DNA of 64,000 bases from Ruditapes philippinarum (Eukaryota). Positions 37,509 through 51,100 of this stretch are shown in pieces; within the stretch, counting starts at the first letter, position 1, and the number at the start of each line of letters is the position of its first letter. The position numbers and the translations under genes were made by a program. The notes beneath the pieces are model-generated. The model was not told the DNA's origin, ran no database searches, and saw only the letters and a program-made list of their open reading frames with translations. The stretch spans positions 124,001-188,000 of the forward strand of contig NW_026867118.1 of assembly GCF_026571515.1 (NCBI RefSeq), read 5' to 3'.

Positions 37509-39279
37509 TATTTATTTATTTATAAACAAAACTCATGGCCCTTAAGGGCATAAGAGTGAACAATCAACAAAACAAAAAATAATAATACAAACATGGCATG
37601 AAGTAAATAAGTAAATAAGGAAGATGACTTATTGAAATTTCAGCATTATAGCTTTGACAAAAATGGCTAGATTAAATAAAGTATTTCTGTTGTCGCTACA
37701 CATAAGAGCCTGAAAATTTAAAATACTAGGAAACCTTGAATAATAGTTACTGATATACCTGTGTCTTTCATGATTAAAATAAGTACATTTAAAAATATAA
37801 TGAAATTCATCACCTATTTCTTGCTGATTACAAAGTGAGCATGTTCTATTTTCTCTTTCAATACCAAAATAGCGACCTTTCTCTATAGGAATATTAGAAT
37901 TGAGACATCTAAATTTACAGAGAGCAATTGCTAAATTTCTTGGTAAACATAGTAAATAATGTTCTAGTTTAAATTGAGTTTTATATATTCTATAGTTTAA
38001 ACACTTAGCAGAATCAAAAACATCACTATTCCATACTTGTAAAAACTGATCACGTAATCGTGATTTTATTACATATTTAAAATTATTAAAATTTGCAACA
38101 TTCTGAGTTATCCAAAAATCAGAACAACCAAGATTATTCAAAGTAGATTTTACTTTCTCGATCCACTGACAATGTAAAATACCCTTTTCATGAAGATTAT
38201 ACATAGTGCGGTACAAAGAAGCACATATTTTATCATTTTTACCATTAACTAATTTACTCCAAAAATTTAACATTCTGCAAGTAATATCATTTTCAATAGG
38301 AAATGCACCTAGTTCTCCCAAGACCATAACCGAAGGAGTTGACATCTTAAGTTTAAGTATATATTTATAAAATTTTCAATTGAAACTGAGAAATAATAGA
38401 ATTATTTTCAGATCCCCACACCTCCGACCCATACAATAATATTGGCTTAACCATACTATCAAACAACTGTAACTGAATATCAATTGGCAAACACAATTTC
38501 TTAATTTTAGTTAAAATACTAAACATAGCCTTCCTCGCTTGATCTGTCAAGTGCTTTTTTGTTTTATTAAATTTACCATTAAAGTTGAATATCACACCTA
38601 AATAACTAAAATCATCTACAGCTTCTAGAGGTGCATTATTGAAATAAAATACAGGCTTATTTCTTAATTTACCACGAGAAAATACAACAACTTTTGTCTT
38701 ATCGGTATTAACAGTCAAATGCCATAATTTACAATAATCAAGCATGCAGTTTAGTGCTGTTTGAAGGCCAGTTTGACTTTCCGCGAAAACAACTGTATCA
38801 TCAGCATAGAGTAATAAGTGCAACTTCAAGAATACATCAACTTCATCATTACTTAACTGTTCATTTATCTGGTCTGATAAAAACTGCAACCCTTCACAAT
38901 ATGTAGACATATAAGAAACCAAATCATTAAGGAAAATTGAAAACAAAATTGGAGAAAGATTTTCTCCCTGACGGACACCTAAACAGCTTACAATTGTATC
39001 TGACAATGAATTATTCACTTTAACACAATACTTAGCTTTGTCATAGATATTATGAATAACTTTAAGTATTTTCCCATCAATATTATGTGCTAACAATTTC
39101 CTCCAGAGAGCAGTACGGTTTATACTATCAAATGCTTTCTTGTAATCAATAAAAGAGCAATACAATCTCTTTTTCTTCGATAAGTAAATATCAATCAACA
39201 TTTTTAAGGAAAAAATATGATCCGTAGTTCCATAACCATTACGAAACCCTGCCTGTTACTCAATTAATAGGCCATAGTC
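37509..39279 (-). mobile_element. 5'-truncated, frameshifted non-LTR retrotransposon (RT plus C-terminal CCHC-type finger; RTE-X-like by inference)
   Basis: ORFs 39201-38365 (FIDYKKAFDS, GVRQGENLSPILF, LLYADD) and 38345-37629 (CSLC...IGDEFHYIFKC) are joined by a one-base frameshift in an A-run near 38370. The upstream QAGFR motif lies at ~39240-39260 and a (TAAA)n tail at ~37509-37523. Confidence 0.88.
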
Positions 39280-40572
39280 TATATAAATCAAGTAATCTAA
39301 CGGGCGGGGCCAATTTTGATCTCGGGGGGGGGGGGGACCCAAACCCGTGTTCTGCACACCGTCTCATTAGAAGTAATATTTGTGCCAAAATGTTTTAATT
39401 TTTTTCTATCCGTTCAAAAGATACAGAGCGGACTTGATACGAAATACAAAGTGTGACCTTGCCTATGACCTGAGGAATGTCAGACCTGCGCTCTGCACAT
39501 CATCTCATTATAGTTAACATTACTACAAGTAGTTTCAATTTCCTTCCATGTGCAAAATGTTACATATATACGCAGAATTTGTTTTTTGGAGTATCAAAAG
39601 TTGATCGTGGTTCCGCTTGCGGTGGCTTTTGTTTCAAGTTTTTTTTAAGCAAGTTGATTTATCAGAAGTGCTTTCATATCAATAAGGAAAAAAAAATGTA
39701 AATTTGAAATCTCATTCTCATGCTTGTCTAGTTAAACTAACCTATAAGATATCAAAATAGTCATTGACTTTTTTGTTCGCAGAGTTAAACATAAGGACTT
39801 TTGAAGTACGACACATCAATATGATTATATACTAGCATGTGTCAGTATGATCAAACGTCATTCTTTTACAGATTTTAATACTAAGTGCCGTGTGGTAGCG
39901 GTTAAAAGTTGCCCCGTACTTCACTTTAGTGCGTTTATTTTACATATTTTTCTGTTCCAGACGTGAAAGACATTGCCCTCAATAAAACCGTGTAATTTTG
40001 TTGTTTTCGTTGCTCCCGACGGACCCTCCCATCTCAAGATTTGTAATTTCATTGAAAATGAGGGCTGGCATCTGGCCTTGACTATAAATAATTTCCTTTT
40101 ATAATAAAATTTTACCACCTTGTATGACAGACTATCTGCAATGCACACAATATTATGTTGTTGGATACTTCTAATGGTTATCTAAAAAGTTGGCTGCATA
40201 TTGGAAAAAACAATATGTGAAACTAATTACATAGTTTTTGAAACAAATGTCTACATCGAGTCACATTAATAAGTTAATGTTAACCAGCATTAAAAATCCT
40301 GTTACTCAATTTTTTAAGTTTTTTTTATCACAAATCTGATGCTCAAATGAAAATCTATCAATATTGTCAGTTCAAAAAAGCATTTTTTGCAAAGATATTA
40401 CCGAATTCACAATTCATGTAAATAAAGGGAGGTAATAAGAAATCTATTTTCGAAAAGGTCTAAATAAAAAATGAATGCATAGACTTTAATGATTACTTAT
40501 AATGCGAATAAACATTTGCAATACATAACATATTCTTGGATGTTTGGATTTGGAATTGTTTTAGAAGAATAA

Positions 40573-43500
40573 TTATTATTATTATTATTATTATTATTTA
40601 CCAAACTTATATAGCGCCCTTTTCATATACATGTTCAAAGGCGCTTTACAATGATATAAACTAATAACTAATTACAGCAGTACAATTTAAAAACTAAAAC
40701 AGCATTCACATAATAAATCTACGACATAATAAGAACAAGAATATGAGACAATCAATTAAAATGTGGTATTTACCGTTTTACAATGATATAAAAACTAATA
40801 ACTAATTACAGCAATACAATTTAAAATACTATAACAGCATTTACATAATAAATCTACGACATACTAAGAACAAGAATATGAAACAATCAATTAAAATGTG
40901 GTATTAACTTAGTCGTTTAGAATTAAAATAATTGAATATCGACAACATACGATAAAATATTCTAGCAAAATTTCTAAAACACCAAATTAGAAATAATGTA
41001 TTTTATAATCAACACCTTAATTATTTGTAACTGTGTTAAAAATATTAGCAGAATTAAAACAAATTGTAAAATTATGGTTGATATCACACAGTAGTCACAC
41101 AGTTTTCTAAAATCACTGTCTCAGATTATTCACGATAAAATATAGGCTTGTTTGAAATAGTGTGTTTTAAGTGCACGTTTAAAAGAACACAATGAGCTCG
41201 AGTCTCTCACACCAGACGGCAGATCGTTCCACAGTTTCGGAGCTGCATATTCAAATCGTCGGTCGCCAAAGGTTACAGTTTTACTCGTTGGTACCACTAA
41301 AGTAAGTGCTTTGTTCTGAGATCGTAGATTCCTTCGTGGTTTGTAAACACATAACATTTCTTCCATATATTCCGGCGATTTTCCATTTAAAGCTTTGTAG
41401 GTATGTGTTAAAATTTTAAACTGGATTCTGTATTGCACCGGAAGCCAATGTAATTCTTTAAGTACAGGTGTAATATGATCGTACCGTGAAGTTCTGGAGA
41501 TGATGCGGGCAGCTGTATTTTGAACAATCTGCAGTTTGTTTATTAATGTTTGAGGTACTCCATACAATAATGCATTGCAGTAATCTAGGCGCGAAATGAC
41601 CAATGAAGTGACAAGTTGTTTAGATGCATCAATTGTCAGATATTTTCGAATTCTTCCTATTTGTCTAAGCTGATCATAACATGATCTGCATACCGAATTG
41701 ATGTGATCTTCCATGTTCATGTTTGAATCAAAGATGGCACCTAAATTTCTAACATTGACCGATTTGTTTATTTTAGAGTCACCCACGGTTATCGATAGAT
41801 CTTCAATGTGTTTGGAGTTATACGGAGATGAGAACATGATGACTTCTGTTTTATCAGTATTTAGTTTAAGCATGTTTTCATTCATCCATGATATTATGTC
41901 TCGGAGACACGCTTGAATGCGTTGTAATGTTTCTTCCTTAGAAATGTCATCTAATGGTTTGAAAGATAGATACAGCTGTGAGTCATCGGCGTAGAGATGG
42001 TATTGCAGTCCGTGATCTTTGCAAATGGCACCAAGTGGTTTAGTGTACATAGTATAGAATTTTGGCCCTAAAACGGACCCCTGTGGAACACTAAAATTAA
42101 GTGTGACCGGCTTTGACAGCACACCGTTAATGTATACTGTCTGTTTTCTATCTTTAAGGTATGATGTTATCCACTCCAGTGGTTTTTCAGCAATTCCGAA
42201 AACATTTTCAAGTCTCTGTACTAAGGTTTTGTGATCTATTGTGTCGAAAGCTGCTGATAGATCTAGCATAACTAAGATTGTCACATTTCCATGGTCAAGG
42301 GATTTTAGTACATCATTTTGGACTTTGATAAGTGCAGTCTCTGTCGAATGGAACTTGCGATAGGCTGACTGATACTTTTCTTGAAATTGATTTGTTGTCA
42401 CATGTTCATCAATGCGAGAGCTTACTACTCTTTCAAGTGTTTTCGATACAAACGATAAATTTGAAACAGGTCGATAGTTTTTTAAAATGTTTTGATCCAA
42501 TGTTGGTTTTTTCAGAAGGGGTTTAACATAAGACCTTTTAAACTCTGCGGGAACATTTCCTGTACTGAGAGAGATGTTGATAATGTTAGAAAGAAATGGT
42601 AAAAGTTCATCAAGGCACGATTTTAATAGCCATGTTGGTATAGGATCCAGTTCACATGATTTATTTGAAGAACTATTTATTATTTTCTTAATTTCTTCTT
42701 TTGATGCTTTCTCAAAGCGAGTCAGACTATTTTCAACGCCCATCTGTTCCGTTTCCACGTCACCTGGGTTTAGAACTAATTTTGATTTTATTTCATCCCT
42801 GATGGTCTCTATTTTCTCAACAAAGAAATCACTGAACTCTTGTGGCAATTTATCAGTTTCTATGTTTGTGGGTAAAGATGTCTCAGTTGGACCATTCATT
42901 AGGTTATTGGTAATTTGAAACAATTGTTTTTGATCTCGACCACAGGATGTTACCTTATCAGAATAATGTTTTACTTTAGCCTCAACCAACATTTTATTTA
43001 CTTTTGCACATTGATTTCTATATATTTCGTGGTCTATAGTCAATTTAGATGATTGCCAATTTCTTTCTAACTTGCGCCGCATATGTTTTGCGTCATGTAG
43101 CTCCTGGGTATACCAAGCACAAGAAGGTCGTAACACTATTGTTTTAGTTTGAATTGGAGCGTGCTTTTCGAGCAAGGTGGAAAGAACATTCGTATATTCT
43201 CCTACAAGTTGTTCGAGATCGGTGTGTTCAAGATGTAAGAGTGTTGATGATTCAATATCACTCTTAAAGGAATCTATATCAATTGAGTTGAGTTTTCTAT
43301 ACGTCACTGACTTTCGGATAGGCGGAGGTTTTTCAGCAATGGTATTGAATATAATTGCATAATGATCTTTTGTCACTTTTCCAGATTTGTTGTCTGATAA
43401 ACCTGGATCAACAACCTTAATGTTCGAAATTAAGATGTCAGTGTCCCTAGTAATGACAACATCAAGTGTATGTCCAAGCACATGGGTTGGTTCTCGAACA

Positions 43501-44423
43501 TGTTGTACCATTCCACATGATTGTAGAATGCTTGTGAATTTGATTGTGTCAGGTTGAGTGGGGATATCCAGGTGGAAGTTCAGATCTCCTGTTATTATAA
43601 TGTTCTTATCAGTCACAGCAAATTGTGCTAGGAATTTTGCCCATTCTTCTAGAAATACACTAGTTTTTAATTCATTTCCTTTAGATGGGGGTGGTCGGTA
43701 AACAACAGCTAACCTCATTGAATAATTTTTGATTGTTATCTTGCAATCCAAATGTTCAAATGTTGAGTACTCACTATCATGAGTTGATGCTAGAACCTTA
43801 ACATTTATATTTGACTTATAAATCACGGCGACACCACCATAACCTCTCCCACCAGGGCGCGGGGCATGTTTTATCTGATACCCCTCTGGCAAAAGTTCAT
43901 TCAGACATACTTTGTCAACTGAAGTTCCAAGCCATGATTCGGTGATTGCAACCAAATCGAATTTGTAGGAAAGTATAAAATCACAAATGGCCAGAGTTTT
44001 ATTTTTAACTGATCTTGGGTTAATGCAACATACATTTAACTTTCTTTGGCCTTTAACTGCAGAAATAGGTTCGTACTGTATTGTGGTCAGTGTCTTAATT
44101 CTAATCTGATCATTGTCATTTTGTGGTATTGTATTATATCTATTTGTCAATTTTACTGTTGAAATTGCCTCTGGTAAGTATTGCAGGTTTGAAAAGTTTA
44201 CTCCATCATTGCTGTCCCATAATTATACATATATAAAATTTCACTTAAGTGTTGTTACATCCTTAATTACAACATACACTCAGGATCTTTAATATTTTAT
44301 AAACATTTCGATAGTTCGAGTGCGCGGAAACAAATTAGGAAAATCCGCCGAAGATAAATCAGTTTCGGTCAATATGATCACTTATAAATAAACTTGCTCT
44401 GTGTAAAAATACAAGTTAACGTT
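40573..44423 (-). mobile_element. Near-intact L2/CR1-group non-LTR retrotransposon with a single EN+RT ORF
   Basis: ORF 44150-41130 (1006 codons) has APE endonuclease motifs (NPRS, LVAITESWL, GDLNFH, HTLDVV, DH) and RT motifs (QSAYR, LDLSAAFDT, VPQGSVLGP, YADD). The 3' UTR ends in an L2-type stem-loop (GCGCC...GGCGC) and a (TAA)n tail at 40573-40600. Candidate TSD AAGAATAA at 40565-40572 and 44424-44431. Confidence 0.92.
41130..44150 (-). CDS. LINE ORF2: APE endonuclease plus reverse transcriptase
   Basis: Uninterrupted reading frame with complete EN and RT motif sets (see the element entry). The frame stays open to ~44223 but has no in-frame ATG before the EN domain. Confidence 0.9.
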   Translation of the reverse strand: MTNRYNTIPQNDNDQIRIKTLTTIQYEPISAVKGQRKLNVCCINPRSVKNKTLAICDFILSYKFDLVAITESWLGTSVDKVCLNELLPEGYQIKHAPRPGGRGYGGVAVIYKSNINVKVLASTHDSEYSTFEHLDCKITIKNYSMRLAVVYRPPPSKGNELKTSVFLEEWAKFLAQFAVTDKNIIITGDLNFHLDIPTQPDTIKFTSILQSCGMVQHVREPTHVLGHTLDVVITRDTDILISNIKVVDPGLSDNKSGKVTKDHYAIIFNTIAEKPPPIRKSVTYRKLNSIDIDSFKSDIESSTLLHLEHTDLEQLVGEYTNVLSTLLEKHAPIQTKTIVLRPSCAWYTQELHDAKHMRRKLERNWQSSKLTIDHEIYRNQCAKVNKMLVEAKVKHYSDKVTSCGRDQKQLFQITNNLMNGPTETSLPTNIETDKLPQEFSDFFVEKIETIRDEIKSKLVLNPGDVETEQMGVENSLTRFEKASKEEIKKIINSSSNKSCELDPIPTWLLKSCLDELLPFLSNIINISLSTGNVPAEFKRSYVKPLLKKPTLDQNILKNYRPVSNLSFVSKTLERVVSSRIDEHVTTNQFQEKYQSAYRKFHSTETALIKVQNDVLKSLDHGNVTILVMLDLSAAFDTIDHKTLVQRLENVFGIAEKPLEWITSYLKDRKQTVYINGVLSKPVTLNFSVPQGSVLGPKFYTMYTKPLGAICKDHGLQYHLYADDSQLYLSFKPLDDISKEETLQRIQACLRDIISWMNENMLKLNTDKTEVIMFSSPYNSKHIEDLSITVGDSKINKSVNVRNLGAIFDSNMNMEDHINSVCRSCYDQLRQIGRIRKYLTIDASKQLVTSLVISRLDYCNALLYGVPQTLINKLQIVQNTAARIISRTSRYDHITPVLKELHWLPVQYRIQFKILTHTYKALNGKSPEYMEEMLCVYKPRRNLRSQNKALTLVVPTSKTVTFGDRRFEYAAPKLWNDLPSGVRDSSSLCSFKRALKTHYFKQAYILS

Positions 44424-45193
44424 AAGAATAAGAATTTCACGAATAAGAAAACTCTCTTAAATTGTTAACAAAAACTCCAAATGAAACACCTAGCCCGCCC
44501 ACGGTCGAAACAAAATTTCATACGAACGCACTTAACAAGCTAGTTTCCGTTTGCGCGTCTATTGTCAATTTATATAAATTAATGAAGAAAGCACTTGAGA
44601 TTGTGAAACACAATACAACATTTCATGTATTCATTTAACAACTTTGCTGAACTTTTATATTTTACACTTACTTCCTTGTCGAAAGAAAGTGATGTGTCAA
44701 AATGAGCAATAATTCAATTTACATTGTATAATGTATTTTTGCACCCCCCCCGCAAAAAAAAAAAAAAAAAAAGAAAAAAAAGAAAGAAAAATAACAACAA
44801 CAACAACCCCCAAAAAGTACCCAACAACAAATGTACAAACAAACAAACATGAATGTAAAATTGTATTTTCATTTTTTTTTATCTTAATTTTTATGTTTTT
44901 TATGTCATGTATATATTGAAGAAACTATCGCATTCATTCAGAACCACGGATAATCACGAAAGTTGGGCGATTTATGTCGACATTAATAGTAATTTGTCGA
45001 GCCTTACGAATTTCGTCTACATTTTGCGGTAATTAAGATTTAACTATAATTATTGTAGATAAATATCATCATTCAAGTGCATCCGCCAATAACTGCGACT
45101 ACACTTAGTCAAACTTAATAAAATTTCCTATGTTCAAAGTGTAACATTTACGGCGAAGACGTTTTAGAAGGAAGTGAATATGAAATGTGAAGC

Positions 45194-48100
45194 ATGAAAA
45201 TGGATTTATTCTTTTTATCTGTCCTGGTCACCGTATTTCAAGGTAAATATGTTCATTTGTTTTTCCTTCGTCTATTTTTTCGTTTAAGAATTAGAATTAT
45301 CATAGTTTTAGTTTTAGTTTTATCATACATAAGTTAACAAAATATAATGTTTAATCATCGAAATATTGATAAACTATATGGCTTCAAGAACAAGCTATGA
45401 TTGTATATTCGGACTTAGTAAAGACATAGGACTTTTACGACGTAATACTGAATTTTTTATGCTTAAATATGATTATAAAAATGGGTGAGGGATTAACGAA
45501 TAAAGTTTTTTTACATCAACATATCCATATCAACGTTTGTTTTTTTCTTTTAAAGAACTTTGAACTTCATTCGAACACGTGGGTGCATGTGATTTATGTT
45601 TTTTCCTTTGCGTCTTAATTTTTATGTTTGAATGTCTCCAACAATGACTTTCTTTATAAGATGACAAGTCAGTTTTAATATAAAACTTCCTTTTACAATG
45701 GGTCGTTCGTGACCAAGTGAGTAAGGTCGTTGGTCTTAATGCTGTTCTTCCCAACTCGCCAGTGTATGTGGATTCTTTTATGTGACCAAGCTATCCAGTA
45801 AGGTTGTCCTACTCAGGTGCTCGTTTGTGTCTCAAATAATGCACAAAAGGGCACCGAGGTCTTCCTCTACCAGTAAAGCTGTAAAGTCACCATATATGAC
45901 CTCAAATGCGATGTAAAACCCGATAAAAATGTCAAACATTGATACACAGAAAATATCTAAAGCATAATACACGTCATGTATCTGTACGTAAAAAGCCACT
46001 GCAGTTAAGACAATTGTATTTCCATGCCATTTCAGCTTCATGGTCCTTCTTTGTTTCAAAATCAACACTGCAATGGTCAAGGAATAGAGATGGATGCGAG
46101 ATAGCAACACCAACCATACAATATGGCCAGAAAGACCTTACCGTTGATATGAATGGACAAGCTATAGAACAAGAAGTCTGGGTCGGTTACTATCAACAAA
46201 CTGCCTTGTTTGAGTACATAGGTAAATTCAAGTAATTTTGTTTGAAATAACAAATATCTATGTACAATGTATAATTCTAAGCAATATTCGATATGAAATT
46301 ATACTTTTTTAACGTCATGGGTTCTTATGAAAATATGGGTCTTTTGATTTTGATAGCAATGTATATTCATAATTTTCCCTTCAATGTCAGGTATTTATGC
46401 CAACAAAGCCATACATTGTCCCGTCTATCGGCAATCTGTATAATGAAATTATAATAACGCAAATTGTTATTGACGACTAGTACATAAGAAAACCAAGCAG
46501 TTTTAGACTGTTTTCAAAGAACGGTGGGAAAATGTCGCACGAAAGTAAGATGACGTCAGCCGTTCAACGGCTACGTGAACGCGTGTAAAGTCATCATACA
46601 ATGCTGAAACGCATTAGAAAAATAGCCGGTCATATATGTAATATATATGTAAGATATTCTAATTTAATAGCTTAGAAATGAATAATTATCATGTTGTTTT
46701 TATCTAGGGTGCATGAGTTCAGATGACTTAGATATACAAATACCTAAAATACAACTCGGTGAACGGAATATCGGACGGTGCTACTCTGCTTGTTCCCACT
46801 CGCCTTTTATCGGGATACAGAAGAGTAAGGTAGAGCATTGTTTTAACGATAATCTTCATTCAATTTAGAATTTTTCTACAGCATTAAGACATTAGTTTTA
46901 CAAGTATGAATGTTAACAAGAGCCACCGCCTTTCTAAATTCAAAACATCGGAGGAAAAATATTGTAGCAAAGAATTCTTCAAGACAACATCATTTGGTTT
47001 GCAAAAAAGTATAATTACAATTAAAATTTCATACTTGACATTGACAGTCAATGTCATTTACACATTAAGGTTATACCTAAATTATTCATCATAGTGGTAT
47101 TGTTATAAGCGTTGTTTTGTCAAAATATGAATCAAACCTATCCATATAATTACTATTAAAGTTATGATATAAACATTTGAACAAGTCGGTCAAGGTCAGT
47201 TTAGTTTTAAGGTTAAACTTGAATTAAACAACATGTTCAGTTTTAATTTCAACAATAAGCTTTGTTTTGCCCAAGTATAAATTCAATCTATAAAAACATA
47301 TTTTGATTTCTATAACATTTGCAAACATTTGCATTAAGAAAAATATTTTCACCTTCGTGATCAAGATCATTTTAAGGTCAAGGCCCTGTTTGATTTATAC
47401 AATACATCTATTGTGTCAAATATGGCGTATATAGTTTATATTTTATTCGTAAATGAATTACAGTCATGTCAATTTAAACTAGATTAAATAATTTGGCCTT
47501 GATGGTCAAGGTCATTTAAAGCTTAAGGGCATATTTGAATAATTCAATATATCGGTTTGGTCATAGTGTTCTTCTGTCAAAGTATGAATCAAAGCTGTAT
47601 GACACTTTAGCATATTTCAACAATTTTACACTCGAGGTCATTTTTTATGATCAAGGGGAGACTATTTTATGATAATATAGACAAATGTGCCTAAAGCCAT
47701 TGGTCGGGTCTTGACAGCTGACCCCGAGTTTTAAACGTTTTTATCTTTTGTGAATGTGTTTATTTCAAATGCCTTCTGAAAGTAAAGAGGGCAGTGGTCT
47801 GCTTTATTGTGTTATCTCTAATGTTTTGTATATGCTTTTAGAATGTACATAACATGACTATGGTGCTTTGATATGTGAATACTAGAAGGTTCCTTGGTTT
47901 AACTAGCTGTAAATGAGTATCAATAGTCGGCTTATCAAAAACTATGTCTGTTAAAATACTCTTCTTTATAAAATATCTGTTACTAGGATATTTTATGAAT
48001 AGTGTCTAGATAAACTTTTTTTCGGCAGATTAGCAACGGTTATAATATATAAAGACCACAATGTTAAAATTATGTGACATAAATTGTATGCCTCTTGAAG

Positions 48101-51100
48101 AACCCTTTTAGAACAAGGAAGATGAACTATGATTTTTGTTTTACGGGTGGAGGAAAACCCCAGGGGCCTGTCTGAAGATACTTTCAGGCACGAACGGGTA
48201 CCTTAGTAGAACCACCGTAGTAACTTTACATGGGTATATTTAAAAGCTCTACAGCTTGCTTTACTTCTGTTTTTATCATGAAATGAAAGACACTGGGACC
48301 AACACATACGGGAAGCAACTGCCTAGTTGTTAATTTGTTAAAACAGATATTTTTTTGTTCTAGCCCCACTGAGGACATAACCATGTTGATGACACATGTA
48401 CTAGTAAGTTCTAGAAAGTAAGCCCGAAAGTAGTTTGTTTAAGATATCGGGTTTTATCTCAATGGGGCTTAGATAGATATTTTAACGTAGATTCAAACGA
48501 ATCAAAATCTATCATACAACTCCTTCCCGCTAAAATGACATTTGATTTGAAGTTTGTAGACTTTATTCTGATATCTACATGTACTAGCAAATCTGACAAT
48601 AATGTTTTATGGTTATCTATAGAAAACATTGGCCCTCCCAAATTTTGTAGAATAAAGGGGGTCTAGAAATTGACACCGTCCGTCTGTACGTTCGTCCGTC
48701 TGTCAAACTGTATGTCTGTCCGTCACATTTTCGTGGCCGGTCCATAACTGTTTCATCCATCAAGGGATTTTGATTATACTTTGCACAAATGTTCACAATA
48801 ATGAGACAATGTGACATTCGCCTAATCAACTACCTCCAAGGTCAATGTCGCATGTAGAGGTCAAAGCTTAACATGGTCTGTTATAGGGTAAATTTTGTGT
48901 CCGTTTCATAACTTTTTCATAGAGCAAGGGATTTTGAAATTACTTAGCACAAATGTTAACAATAATAAGACGATGTGTCATGCGCAACATCCGGACCCCT
49001 AACTCAAATGTCAAGCGCACACGGAGAGATTAAAGCTGCACATGGTTTATAATAGGGTATTTTTGTGTCCTATCAATATTGTTTTATCGACCAAGGGATT
49101 TTAAAATTACTTGGCACAAATGTTCACAATAATCGGACGACGTGTCACGCATAACAACCGGAATCCTACCTTCATGGTCAAGGTCATACTTAGGGATCAT
49201 CTTAACATTGTTAGTTAATATAGGGTATATTTTGTGTCAGGTCAATCTTTTTTTCCCCCAGTAATTAATAGATTTTAAAATACCTCGGCACAAATGTTTA
49301 CAATAATTACGGACCCGACACGAAACATACCCTGTAATAGACCAAACCCTGTTTTGATTTTCTATTTGTTACATTTTATGGCTTTGAAATAGTGATAACA
49401 ACTATATATACAAACGAAATTTGTTGAAACATACACAGGATTTATTTCATTCTATATCTTTAATGAATTTATTGTTGCATGTGCAGAGTAGCATTGATAA
49501 AGAGTTTGCTCTGAAAGTTCGGATCCATATCTCATTCTTTTGAAATAGCACAATTTTGTACTGCATGTAAAAAGGGGACGTAGGTCACTCTGTTACAAAT
49601 GCTTGTTTACAGTGTTATTGCATACCAGACATACCAAAGAAAAACATAAGACAACTTGGCTGCAATTATTGGTGTACTGACAGGTATAATGCTGCTTGTG
49701 GAGGACACACTTTCATTTCAGTGTACAGAATGTTATCTCACAACGGTACGTAAAGGATTACGTTTTGCCTTATGCTTTAACAAAATTCATTTTAACTTAA
49801 TTAGAACTTCAAACCACTTGCCCTTCACCGCTCTTGGATTGTATTGCGCCACGGTCTTTAGAGGAAGCTATCAAGATAGTTAAAGGTACATCTGTGGTTG
49901 TACTTAGGTGCCCGTTCGTGACTGAAATAATGCACGGAGGGTTTTCTACCACTAGTTAAGATGGAAAGACGTCATATGACCTATTCTGCGTGTGCTTTCA
50001 TCTAGTAAAATATAGTAAAGTTAACAAGCAAAGTAATTTAAGTCTATTGTTGATTGACTGTTTAGTCATGTTTTGTATCCGGGAAAAGTGATGGAGGAAG
50101 ATATCAGGTACCCCTTCATGACTCTCTTACGAGCGGACAACCAATCGCATTCTTTCGACCATATTCGTCAAACTTCGGATAAGAGCCTCAAACACAATAG
50201 TAAGAATACTGTATTTCGGTTTTACCTACGCTACACTGTCGGGTACTTGAAACGGTGCAGATTTTCCGTGATACGGTGCTTCCATCCAAGATCGAGGAAG
50301 GTAAACAACAAGAAGGTTCATATATATCATATGTCATATCATATGTAACATACATTGTGAACTTATTGATCTTATTGTTACATTACATGCAACTATTCTT
50401 CTTTTACAATATAAAACGGATTTGTCTAAATACATAGAAATAAAATGACACGTGCATTCTTGTTGTATACCTTCCTCCATCATGGATTGAAGCACCCTAT
50501 CACGGAAAATCTGCACCGTTTCAGGTACCCGACAATGCTCTAAGGAACTTAACATGTAAACCAATAGTAATTTATTGCTAGGAGTTAAATTTATTCCAAT
50601 ATATCGGGTAAAAGTCCAGCAAAAATAAGAAATTTAAAGGTATGAAAGTAAACAGTATATTATGTACAAACTTATTCTAATGGTTGTAGAAACGGAAAGT
50701 ATTAAATATATACATGTCGACATTAATTCAGATTAAGATACAATTGTACATCGGTGGGCATTTTCTAAATTGATTATGATTGTGATTGTCAGACATATTT
50801 TCAATCATAATTTTACCGAAATAGACTATATTTTCCTTTGGATTTCAAATATATATATACATTCGCTACACATCACCAACTATTACACCTCTGTTTTTGT
50901 TTACATATAAAAACCACGTAGTAAAACTACTTTCAATCCGTAATAATTCCGGGGTTATTATGAATAATAGCCGAGATGTACCGATTGGTGGACACATAAG
51001 CAGCACAATCGACCTTCCGGAAGCAAACAAGATAGCTTCCTCGCATGAAATAATATAAGTCTCTGGAGGGAGTCGAACCCACTAAGGCAAGGGACAAGTT

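Noticed and set aside
41713-43362. Several + strand ORFs of 61-114 aa
   Set aside because: Antisense shadows of the LINE ORF2.
41130-44150. Reverse transcriptase as a retron, DGR or domesticated gene
   Set aside because: The APE endonuclease, non-LTR RT motifs, 3' stem-loop and (TAA)n tail identify an ordinary LINE.
50073-50564. Mutually similar ORFs on opposite strands (MQIFRDTVLPSKIEEG / VQIFRDRVLQSMMEEG)
   Set aside because: Explained by the inverted arms of the foldback element.
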